55,764 bases of DNA, taken from positions 1 through 55,764 of the IMG/VR virus record IMGVR_UViG_3300012952_000026. One strand, 5' to 3'. Each line of letters opens with the position of its first letter. Positions within the stretch are counted from its first letter, which is position 1. Shown here piece by piece: positions 47,213 to 55,151 of the stretch. A program made the translations under genes and the position numbers. The notes below the pieces were generated by a model. It did no database searches, was not told the origin of the DNA, and saw only the letters and a list, made by a program, of their open reading frames with translations. This stretch comes from a virus (lineage: Duplodnaviria > Caudoviricetes).

Positions 47213-49951
47213 TTATTGAATTTTTTCTACAGTTAGCCATGTTTGTCCGTCTCTGACACTGTATTCCGCACCGCCGGGATTATCACCGCCGACCCATGCT
47301 ATTTCAACACCAATTTTATCACCTGCATTTGCAGAAACAAATGTTGTTGCCGTAAATAAGTGTTTTGTTATGTACGTAAACCTTAGATAACATGAACTGT
47401 AACTATTGTCAACTATTGAAAAACCAGATCCTGTATCTTTTACTAATCTACCTGTTACATTTGAACGTTGCCCTAAAGTTGCTGTTTGTCCGGATGGCGG
47501 AGCCCCTGGCGATCCGTCATTTACACTTAAGTCTGTATTTACTGATTGCCATGTCCATGCACCGTATGAAATCCTATAAACACCATCACGCTCAACAGTC
47601 AAATGATCATTTCCAGGAGTAAAACTATAAAATGTGTTTAAAGGATCATTAAACAATGCATTATCAAATGTAATTACCCCTCTTGGTAAGTTTGTGAAAT
47701 CCCATGTAGTAAGACCATTCCATGCTGGCGGGGCTATCCTTTGCGGTGTATCTTTCGTTAATTGAATTAATCCTCCCCTAGACACAAATCCGTTAACACT
47801 CAAATCTCCACCAAATTGAGCTGATTTTTTAACAGCTGTTGCACCTGTACTTCCTAAAGATCCAGGCACACCATCAACATAAAAATTAATATCTGGTGAA
47901 CTAACGATGGCAGTAGATGCAACTGACATGGTATCTGTCAACATTGTTACGCATGGTCCCTGTGCTGCGTTGCCTTCACTTCTTATCACGTCATACTGTA
48001 CTTGTGGTGTTCCCAGTCCAGAATCTGCAATTCCAATAATTTGCACAATACCATTATTTTGATTATTTAATATTTTAAAATCATCATCATCTAATGAAAT
48101 AGTAGAACTTTTGTAAGTTGGTGGGGCACCTGAAACAAAGTTGTTCGCTAATATTATTTGTCCAATTGTGCCTTTATTTGCTAATGCAAGATCAGCGGTC
48201 ACATCATCAGTGTTACTCTCTATTAGCAGCGGTATCATGTTTGACCTTGTTGAAGGTACTGAAGTATGTATAAGTTGCTCCAATCTTAGACAATGAAAAG
48301 AATCCGCTTGCGCATTTACAATTTCTAGTCTTGCATCTGGTGATGTTACAGTTCCACCAGTCGATATTGAGACCCTACTTTCTGCAGGGACAGCATTAGG
48401 ATGATATTTAAAAACAGATGCTGCATCAAAGCCACCAGAACCATCACTTACCTGAATTATTCCTGGAGCACCTGAAGATGAGCCGCCACCTGCTGAGATT
48501 GCCACATTTGTCACACCTGTAATTCTACCCTGTTGATCTACTGTAAGTTGTGGTACGTTTGCAGCATCTCCATATGTGCCAATTGTTACTAATGTATCAT
48601 CAAGTGAAATTTCAAGATTGTCTGTGGCTGTCACACTAGTTGTTAGTCCCACACCACCTGTAACTGTTAGCGTATTTCCATCTTCAATTGTTTGTGCACC
48701 TGCTGTTGGTGTCGCACCATCAGAGATTGTAAATGTCATACTGCCACCACCGCTTGGTGGAGCCCATGCTAAACCAGATGCAGCTGTTGAATCTGCAGTG
48801 AGAATATCACCATCAGCACCAACACCTAACCTTGTTTGTGCAGTTGTAAATACTTCTAAGTCACCTTTAGTTGTAAGGTTACCACCGCCACCGCCACCGC
48901 CGCTAGATGCAGCCAATTCAGCTAATGCACCCTCAACATTAGTAGACGTAAAATTACTACCGCTATCTTCAATACCAACTTGGCTTGCTCCTTCACCGCT
49001 ATTTGTTGAATAAAGCTCTGCAAGTGCCGCTTCATCAGTTGCAATTCTTGTGTCAATCGAGCTGACCTCTCCGTCCGTTGCAGCTATTTCAGCGATTAGT
49101 GCTGCCTCCTCTGCTGTCAATCTTGTTTGTAATGATGTGTCAGCTGCTGCACGTGCAGTCTCTTCAGCTGCAAGGCGTACCTCAAGTGATGTGTCATCTG
49201 TAGCACGTGCAGATTCTTCAGCTGCAAGCCTAGTTTCTAGTGATGTGTCTGCTGACGCACGGGCACCTTCTTCAGCTGCAACCCTTGTATCAATTGAAGA
49301 AACATCAGCGTTGGTATCAGCGATTTCAGCAGCAAGAGCATTTTCAGTATCAGTGACACGTACTTCAACAGACGCAAGATCTGCAGCAACAACAGCAACC
49401 TCATTTGAAACATGTGCCTCAATATCAAAACAAGTGGCAATATGATTAGCGCTGGCATTCCCGACTAAACCAAGTACAGTACTGCCTTCATGAATGCCAT
49501 CATTTGCATTAATATAAATTTTTTCATCTGTCTCGCCAATTGATGCATGACCTTCATCCCACATTATGTGACCTTGTTGGGTCCCAGTTATGTGAATTGC
49601 AACATCCTCACCGTGTATTTCCTTATTTGCTCCTTCAATAATAAGAGAGCTGCTCGTGCTAGATGTAACTTCAATAATCTGATTTTCTGCATATAATGTG
49701 CCTGACACAACGACATCGCCATTAAACAATGCAACACCGCCGGATGGTACAGCTGCCTCCTTGTCACCAGGTGAGCCTGCGAATACAAATGAAACATCAT
49801 CACCACCCAAATCAACACCGGGATCTCCACCATCATAATCAGGAGGATCAGTGCTGGGATAAAATACTATTTTTTTCTCGTCGGCTGTATCGCCATCTTT
49901 TCCAATGATTTTTGACGTTCTAATTTGACCTGTTTTAAAATCTTTTGCCAT
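47213..49951 (-). CDS. Long fibre/spike protein (coiled-coil repeats, fibre motifs, C1q/TNF-like C-terminal head)
   Basis: SL(E/Q)xRLxAEExAR repeats, poly-Gly hinge, TTKGDL...RLGVGADGDILTADS, GTYG...TVDQQGRIT and C-terminal ITFDN...TVERDGVYRISY. Confidence 0.75.
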   Translation of the reverse strand: MAKDFKTGQIRTSKIIGKDGDTADEKKIVFYPSTDPPDYDGGDPGVDLGGDDVSFVFAGSPGDKEAAVPSGGVALFNGDVVVSGTLYAENQIIEVTSSTSSSLIIEGANKEIHGEDVAIHITGTQQGHIMWDEGHASIGETDEKIYINANDGIHEGSTVLGLVGNASANHIATCFDIEAHVSNEVAVVAADLASVEVRVTDTENALAAEIADTNADVSSIDTRVAAEEGARASADTSLETRLAAEESARATDDTSLEVRLAAEETARAAADTSLQTRLTAEEAALIAEIAATDGEVSSIDTRIATDEAALAELYSTNSGEGASQVGIEDSGSNFTSTNVEGALAELAASSGGGGGGGNLTTKGDLEVFTTAQTRLGVGADGDILTADSTAASGLAWAPPSGGGSMTFTISDGATPTAGAQTIEDGNTLTVTGGVGLTTSVTATDNLEISLDDTLVTIGTYGDAANVPQLTVDQQGRITGVTNVAISAGGGSSSGAPGIIQVSDGSGGFDAASVFKYHPNAVPAESRVSISTGGTVTSPDARLEIVNAQADSFHCLRLEQLIHTSVPSTRSNMIPLLIESNTDDVTADLALANKGTIGQIILANNFVSGAPPTYKSSTISLDDDDFKILNNQNNGIVQIIGIADSGLGTPQVQYDVIRSEGNAAQGPCVTMLTDTMSVASTAIVSSPDINFYVDGVPGSLGSTGATAVKKSAQFGGDLSVNGFVSRGGLIQLTKDTPQRIAPPAWNGLTTWDFTNLPRGVITFDNALFNDPLNTFYSFTPGNDHLTVERDGVYRISYGAWTWQSVNTDLSVNDGSPGAPPSGQTATLGQRSNVTGRLVKDTGSGFSIVDNSYSSCYLRFTYITKHLFTATTFVSANAGDKIGVEIAWVGGDNPGGAEYSVRDGQTWLTVEKIQ
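49013..49385 (-). repeat. Degenerate 54-bp (18-aa) and 75-bp (25-aa) coding repeats
   Basis: SIDTRVAAEEGARASADT / SLETRLAAEESARATDDT / SLEVRLAAEETARAAADT, flanked by 25-aa variants. Boundaries are approximate. Confidence 0.75.
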
Positions 49952-49955
49952 TTTC

Positions 49956-50186
49956 CTATTTTCCTAATATTTTATAATTCACTATTGTTCCTACACCTGG
50001 TGAATCACTTAAATTTAATGTACATCCAAGCTTTGATAAATTGCTTACGTAAACATTTAAGTCAGGTATAGATGATGGACCCGCAGTTATAACAACCTTT
50101 GGTGCCCTTGCATAAACGCCATCAAAAATAATTGCCTTGCTATCTTCATCACTTGCAAAAACAATGCTTCCTGTTTCAAAAGTCAT
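49956..50186 (-). CDS. Small beta-rich fibre-associated protein
   Basis: TGSIVF...IIFDGVYARAPKVVIT...VYVSNLSKLGCTL; resembles the C-terminal part of the adjacent 106-aa gene. Confidence 0.65.
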   Translation of the reverse strand: MTFETGSIVFASDEDSKAIIFDGVYARAPKVVITAGPSSIPDLNVYVSNLSKLGCTLNLSDSPGVGTIVNYKILGK

Positions 50187-50506
50187 TATTCTGCCACATA
50201 CATTATGTGAAGATCTACATATCCCGTATGCAATTCACTAGTGTTAACTGTAACTGAACTAATAGATATCGCAGTGATAAAAACATTTACATTGTCATCT
50301 TCTGCAGTTGCTGTAACAACAGGGACAGTAATATAAGCCTCTTCAAACTCATATAAAACTTCAGATTCATCATCAAAATAAACGCGTGCTGTTTCTATGG
50401 TTGTGTTCTTGTCTAGAAGATACCCATAGACTGGTCGCCTACGAACATAAGGATAAACTTTTTTATATTCGTTTCTATTTATTCTTTTTGATTTAGTTGC
50501 ACCCAT
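50186..50506 (-). CDS. Small beta-rich fibre-associated protein
   Basis: YEFEEAYITVPVVTAT...NVFITAISISSVTV; TAATG overlap; late-type motif upstream. Confidence 0.7.
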   Translation of the reverse strand: MGATKSKRINRNEYKKVYPYVRRRPVYGYLLDKNTTIETARVYFDDESEVLYEFEEAYITVPVVTATAEDDNVNVFITAISISSVTVNTSELHTGYVDLHIMYVAE

Positions 50507-50525
50507 TAATAATCCCGTATATTAC

Positions 50526-50540
50526 TATAAATATAAATAT
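50526..50540 (-). promoter_or_regulatory. Tandem putative late promoter motif (ATATTTATATTTATA)
   Basis: Two overlapping copies about 20 nt upstream of the fibre operon. Confidence 0.5.
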
Positions 50541-50558
50541 TACGAAATTATTTTACTT

Positions 50559-51863
50559 TCAAATCATTTTTGATATAGCAGTTGCAAGCTCTGATCTTTC
50601 ACCCTTTTGCAGTGTAATGTGACCTGAAAGGTGTGATGATTTCATTTTTTCTATAAAAACAGTTAAACCATTAGAAAGTGTATCAATGTATGGCGTGTCT
50701 ATTTGTTCAAGGTCACCAAGTAATACAATCTTTGATCCCTCACCTATTCTTGTAACAACTGTTTTTAGTTCATGTACAGTTAAGTTTTGTGCTTCATCAA
50801 CAATAAAAAAAGTATTTGCGAAAGTTCTACCACGGATATAAGACAGTGGCGCAATTTCAAATTGACCCTTTTTTCTCATCATTTCAAAATAAGATAAATC
50901 ATTAAATGCCTGCCTGAAATTGTCAACAATTGGTGCTATCCATGGATCCATTTTTTCATCAATATCACCAGGTAAAAATCCAATATCCTTTCCTACAGGT
51001 TGCACAGATCTTGTCATTACAATTCTATTGTATTTTTTATCATTAAGACCAGATAATCCTGCCATAAGTGTTAAAAAAGTTTTTCCTGATCCTGCAAGTC
51101 CAGACAATGTTACAAGTGGGACATCATCTCTTGTTAGTAAATTCAATGCAAATTTTTGCTCTTTGTTTCTTGAGTTTATATCTATTGCTCTATTTAAAAA
51201 ATCTTCAACCTTTACAATTCTATTTTGTGTATGATCATACCTGCATATACATGATTGCTTTGTGCCTTTATTTTTTAATACTATAAATTGATTTGGTAGA
51301 AATTCATTTTCAAATTCATCTCCACAAATCCAACCATCAGCATAAAACTCATCTATAAGTGAGGGATCAAATTCATCAATTAAAACCTGTCCTGTAAATA
51401 TTTCACTTGTTTCTTTTACAATTCTATCTCTATAATAGTCTTCAGCTGCAATTCCTAATGCATCACATTTTACTCTAAAGTTTATATCTTTTGTAATGAC
51501 TATTACATCTTCATCTTCATTTTCTTGAATATATTTTGCAACACCAAGAATTTTATTGTCACCATAATCAGTTTCAAGTCCATCAGGTATTTTATCATCA
51601 TAACAATTTAATTCAACACGAATAGTTTGGCCATTGTCAATATCTACACCTTCGTTTATATTTCCTTTTGCTCTTAAGTCATCAAGGAAACGGTTGATAT
51701 ACCTGGCATTCTCTCCGATTAATTCCTGCCTATCCTTGAACCTATCCAGTTCATCGAGAACAACAATTGGTATAATGACCTTATGACCGTCTAAAGTATG
51801 AATAGAGTGGCAATCATAAAGAAGAACGGATGTATCAAGTATGAATGTTTTTTGTTTTTTCAT
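50559..51863 (-). CDS. phoH: PIN-PhoH (PhoH2-type) ribonuclease/ATPase
   Basis: PIN motifs ILDTSVLL, VLDELD, DNKIL and TKDINFR; PhoH motifs GLAGSGKT, IGFLPG, YIRGRT, VDEAQN, LGDLEQID and ERSELA; AAAGGA RBS before ATG 51863. Confidence 0.93.
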   Translation of the reverse strand: MKKQKTFILDTSVLLYDCHSIHTLDGHKVIIPIVVLDELDRFKDRQELIGENARYINRFLDDLRAKGNINEGVDIDNGQTIRVELNCYDDKIPDGLETDYGDNKILGVAKYIQENEDEDVIVITKDINFRVKCDALGIAAEDYYRDRIVKETSEIFTGQVLIDEFDPSLIDEFYADGWICGDEFENEFLPNQFIVLKNKGTKQSCICRYDHTQNRIVKVEDFLNRAIDINSRNKEQKFALNLLTRDDVPLVTLSGLAGSGKTFLTLMAGLSGLNDKKYNRIVMTRSVQPVGKDIGFLPGDIDEKMDPWIAPIVDNFRQAFNDLSYFEMMRKKGQFEIAPLSYIRGRTFANTFFIVDEAQNLTVHELKTVVTRIGEGSKIVLLGDLEQIDTPYIDTLSNGLTVFIEKMKSSHLSGHITLQKGERSELATAISKMI

Positions 51864-51950
51864 TAATAGAGTTCCTTTCATTATGAACAATTAAAAATAA
51901 TAAATTATATTTTAACTATAAAACCCCAGACACAAAGAGTAAAAATATAA

Positions 51951-52184
51951 ATGAAGACATGCTACTTAGAAAATAAACATAATAAAATAAATTGCAAAAA
52001 GATAGAATGCAGATTTTGGAATGATAAATGCGAAAATAAATGCGTAATTTCAGAATCAGCAAATGGTTCTAAAACGCTACAAGAGATTGGTGATATTTTT
52101 GGTGTCACGAGAATGCGCATTTGCCAAGTAGAAAAAAAGATACTTCTTAAGCTTGCAAAGATAATAGATAAAGAAATATTATAA
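51951..52184 (+). CDS. Stand-alone sigma70 region-4 HTH protein with Cys-rich N-terminus
   Basis: KTLQEIGDIFGVTRMRICQVEKKILLKL matches the region 4.2 pattern; five N-terminal Cys residues. Confidence 0.8.
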   Translation: MKTCYLENKHNKINCKKIECRFWNDKCENKCVISESANGSKTLQEIGDIFGVTRMRICQVEKKILLKLAKIIDKEIL

Positions 52185-52188
52185 AATA

Positions 52189-52476
52189 TTATTCTTCTGA
52201 ATCTGCAGCTGAATCATCACCAGCATCAACTGAATCATCGCCAGATGTTTCCTCCGCTTCTTCAGCTACATCATCTTGCACTTCTTCAGCAGCTGTTTCT
52301 TCAGCAGCTGTTTCTTCAGCAACTTCTTCAACAACAACCTCAACAACGGGAGCTTTTGCCTTTTTTGCTTTTGCCTTTTTTGCAGGCGCTTTTACTTTTG
52401 GTGCTGCAACTACTGGTTTTTGTGCCTCTTTTTTAGCTGCGGCTCTTCTCATTTTTCTACGTCTACGTAAATTCAT
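52189..52476 (-). CDS. Low-complexity protein with basic N-half and acidic C-half
   Basis: GGAG RBS; RRRRKMRR..PAKKAKAKK followed by EEVAEETAAEE..DD; late-type motif at 52506-52514. Confidence 0.75.
   Translation of the reverse strand: MNLRRRRKMRRAAAKKEAQKPVVAAPKVKAPAKKAKAKKAKAPVVEVVVEEVAEETAAEETAAEEVQDDVAEEAEETSGDDSVDAGDDSAADSEE
52282..52321. repeat. 15-bp tandem repeat, about 2.7 copies (encodes AEETA)
   Basis: TTCTTCAGCAGCTGT twice, plus a partial third copy. Confidence 0.8.
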
Positions 52477-52552
52477 TGGTATTCTCCGTTAATAGTTTTA
52501 CCACTTATAAATATGCATAAAATTCAAAACATACAAAATCATATTATGTAAA

Positions 52553-52879
52553 TTAAAATGAAATTGATTCACCACAACCGCATGTTCTTTTTGCTGTCGG
52601 CGTGTTAAATACAAGACCAGACTTTAATAAATCTTCTTCATAGTCAATTTCCATTCCATTTAAGAATATGTATGATTTTATATCTATGCAAATTTTAATA
52701 TCATCAAAATGAAATGTTTTATCTGTATCAGATGCATCTTTAATAAATTCATACTGATACATAAACCCAGAACAGCCACCGCCCTGAAGACTTATTCTAA
52801 GATAAAAATCAGGTGTTTGCCTTTTAATCAGAAGATCTTTAATTTTTTTCTTTGCAGTGTCAGTTATTGTTATTGCCAT
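52553..52879 (-). CDS. iscA: A-type Fe-S cluster carrier protein (IscA/HesB family)
   Basis: ITITDTA...LRISLQGGGCSGFMY...IDY...FNTP...CGCGESISF. Confidence 0.93.
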   Translation of the reverse strand: MAITITDTAKKKIKDLLIKRQTPDFYLRISLQGGGCSGFMYQYEFIKDASDTDKTFHFDDIKICIDIKSYIFLNGMEIDYEEDLLKSGLVFNTPTAKRTCGCGESISF

Positions 52880-52906
52880 AGATAAATGCACCTACCATAA
52901 GACATG

Positions 52907-53869
52907 TTACTCAAGCTCAATTCCGTTCCAAAATTGAATTGTTTGTCGTGCGTGCCTCAACTCTAGTTTCAATTTTCTTATAATTTCTTTATGTACTGAG
53001 TCACGTTCAGCCTGCGTTGCACCTATATTTGAGGCATGATGTCTTGACATATAAATATATTTTCTTGCATCTTCTTCAATGTATTTTTGCACATCTTTAT
53101 GAATAGACTCTTCTAGGTCTTGTAAAATATACTTTACAACCCATGAGTAATTTCTTTGATCTTCTAATAGCTTTAAAACAAAATGAAGAGAATAATAATA
53201 CCATTCGCTGTCTGACCATCTATCCCTAAATTCTTTTTTAAATTTCTTATTTAGTTCAATGCCATCCTTTTTTTCGTTATCACCATATCCAGAGTGTGCC
53301 CCTGTCATTGCCTCCCATCTGTCATATACACAATTACCACCCTTACTTTTGCTTTTGTCAAGGATATTGTGTTTATCCCAGTGACTACCACCCCCATGGT
53401 CAATTCCGCTTTGTGTTCTACCTATGGGTTTTAGCACCATAAAACCTTGTGGGTCAAATTCAAGATGCAAATATGCACCATTTATTTTTATATTTGACCT
53501 ATACATCCCATCCCTTTCAGTTCCTGCCACACCCAACCCAGTTTTTCTAGCCCTGCAAAAATTACTATCAGATTTTATTTGAGCAAGTGTAGGAAAGTAT
53601 ATAGATTCCTGAGTCTGTTCACCGTTTCTTTTTGTTATTGAAAAACCAGGGGTTGCTACATTGCCACCACCCGTGCCTTCATCATATGTTGAAATTTTAT
53701 AAATCCATTCTGGATCATATTTTTCATTAGGGAGCAAACGTGAATCAGGATCATCATAAACAGCAACATCTTGGTGCGGTGATTGCATATCAATCACTTC
53801 TTGTTCTGTGATATGATTATTTGAAAGAAATTCTTTCCATGATCTCATTATTAGTTGCATATTGTTCAT
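52907..53869 (-). CDS. Hypothetical protein with putative cleavable N-terminal leader
   Basis: 320-aa ORF starting MNNMQLIMRSWKEFLSNNHITEQ; late-type motif at 53873-53881. Confidence 0.75.
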   Translation of the reverse strand: MNNMQLIMRSWKEFLSNNHITEQEVIDMQSPHQDVAVYDDPDSRLLPNEKYDPEWIYKISTYDEGTGGGNVATPGFSITKRNGEQTQESIYFPTLAQIKSDSNFCRARKTGLGVAGTERDGMYRSNIKINGAYLHLEFDPQGFMVLKPIGRTQSGIDHGGGSHWDKHNILDKSKSKGGNCVYDRWEAMTGAHSGYGDNEKKDGIELNKKFKKEFRDRWSDSEWYYYSLHFVLKLLEDQRNYSWVVKYILQDLEESIHKDVQKYIEEDARKYIYMSRHHASNIGATQAERDSVHKEIIRKLKLELRHARQTIQFWNGIELE

Positions 53870-53900
53870 GAATATAAATATCTTTTAATTTTAAAATATT

Positions 53901-53932
53901 AAAAAAATAAGGCACCTGTAAACCCGTGCCTT
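53901..53932 (-). terminator. Intrinsic terminator after the small lipoprotein gene
   Basis: Minus strand reads AAGGCAC-GGGTTTACAG-GTGCCTT-ATTTTTTT. Confidence 0.65.
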
Positions 53933-53946
53933 CCTGCGGTAAATAT

Positions 53947-54063
53947 CTACTCTGTGTCTTCTAAAAGTGCAGTGTCTTCAGAACCTGTATCATTACCTGT
54001 ATCTTTATTGTCACTGTCACAAGCAATTAAACCAAGTAGAATAAGTGGCCATAAATTATGCAT
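53947..54063 (-). CDS. 38-aa putative lipoprotein MHNLWPLILLGLIACDSDNKDTGNDTGSEDTALLEDTE
   Basis: Below the ORF-track cutoff; GGAGG RBS just upstream of ATG, hydrophobic core, lipobox-like LIA-C and a downstream terminator. Confidence 0.75.
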   Translation of the reverse strand: MHNLWPLILLGLIACDSDNKDTGNDTGSEDTALLEDTE

Positions 54064-54140
54064 GTTACCTCCAAGCGACAAATATACCCAGAAGTATATT
54101 AATGTATACAAAAAAGTGATTTTATTATTCTTTAAAATCT

Positions 54141-55151
54141 CTATGCAAATGAAGATTCTTGATCATCATTACCAGGTTTATCTAAAGCAGCTACTTTCAT
54201 TATATCTTCTATAACGTTTTTATCTTCACAATTAAGATATAAAATTCCAATTAATGGAAAGCCAGATCTGTCTTCTACAGCTTTTAAATATTTTTCAATA
54301 TCACTTGCATTGGCATTTTCCCAGTTAAAGTTTTGGGCGTCACTTTTTTCTTTGCAAAGACCATCAAGCATACTCTGTGTCATTGTTCCACCCACCTGCG
54401 CAAGAAGGCTTTTTATCATAGATCGCTGCTCTTCATGTTTTCCGCCCCATCGTGAACCTAATACACCTGAACCTATAGGGCTTTTCATAGCAAAATTTGA
54501 CATTTTCTTTGCTTTTTGAGAACTGCCACGATCTAAAGCCCAGTCAGGTACATTATCAATATGAAATATATTTTTATATAAAGCTACTTGTGATTTTTCA
54601 CCAGATGCTCGTCCAGTAGCATTTGCTTTGTTTCCAAAATACAAATCGAAGTCATCCCATTTTTCATTCCAGTCTTTTGCATATTTTCCAATTAGTGTGC
54701 TAATTGCATGCTCAATTTCATGAAATAACAATCTTCTTTGCTGTGCCTCTGATGCACTTAGCCAGTAATCACTATCAAGTGCAATTGTAACATCACCAGT
54801 AGCTTCTTTTCCTGTTTGTATACCCCTGGCACCGTGACTATCTTTGAGATTTTTACCAAATTTTAAAAGCCATTTTCCATTTTCTCTTGATTGATTTTCC
54901 CAAAAGAAAGTAAAATTAATTCTTTTTTTAAGAATATTATAAAAATCTTCATATGATATATTACTTTGGCTTATAATTGCTGATATATTTTTTGAATTTT
55001 GTGAACCTGGTTTATAAAGATTTAAAATCTGATTTGACCAATTTCTAATATTTTTACTTGCATGAGCTCCCAAATCATTATTTTCTTGTTCATAAATTCT
55101 AGACAATTCTTCTCTTATTATTTCACGAACTCTATTTTTTTTAATTTTCAT
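54141..55151 (-). CDS. HExxH (zincin-like) protein with putative cleavable N-terminal leader
   Basis: N-terminus MKIKKNRVREIIREELSRIYEQE; LLFHEIEHAI; downstream KHEEQRS could supply the third ligand; late-type motif at 55171-55179. Confidence 0.72.
   Translation of the reverse strand: MKIKKNRVREIIREELSRIYEQENNDLGAHASKNIRNWSNQILNLYKPGSQNSKNISAIISQSNISYEDFYNILKKRINFTFFWENQSRENGKWLLKFGKNLKDSHGARGIQTGKEATGDVTIALDSDYWLSASEAQQRRLLFHEIEHAISTLIGKYAKDWNEKWDDFDLYFGNKANATGRASGEKSQVALYKNIFHIDNVPDWALDRGSSQKAKKMSNFAMKSPIGSGVLGSRWGGKHEEQRSMIKSLLAQVGGTMTQSMLDGLCKEKSDAQNFNWENANASDIEKYLKAVEDRSGFPLIGILYLNCEDKNVIEDIMKVAALDKPGNDDQESSFA

Noticed and set aside
1940-49445. Many plus-strand ORFs in the track (e.g. 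1940..2437, 8595..9140, 45083..45493, 48576..49013, 49050..49445)
   Set aside because: They are antisense shadows of well-supported minus-strand genes, with Ser/Phe/Leu-rich mirror composition and no recognisable motifs.
33778-54143. Alternative genetic code (stop-codon reassignment as in some large phages)
   Set aside because: ORFs are full-length under the standard code; TAG (33778, 42599, 54141) and TGA (43330, 44824, 50559) end genes at sensible boundaries.
53954-54214. 86-aa plus-strand ORF
   Set aside because: It is antisense to the better-supported 38-aa lipoprotein gene (RBS, lipobox, terminator) and overlaps the end of the HExxH gene.
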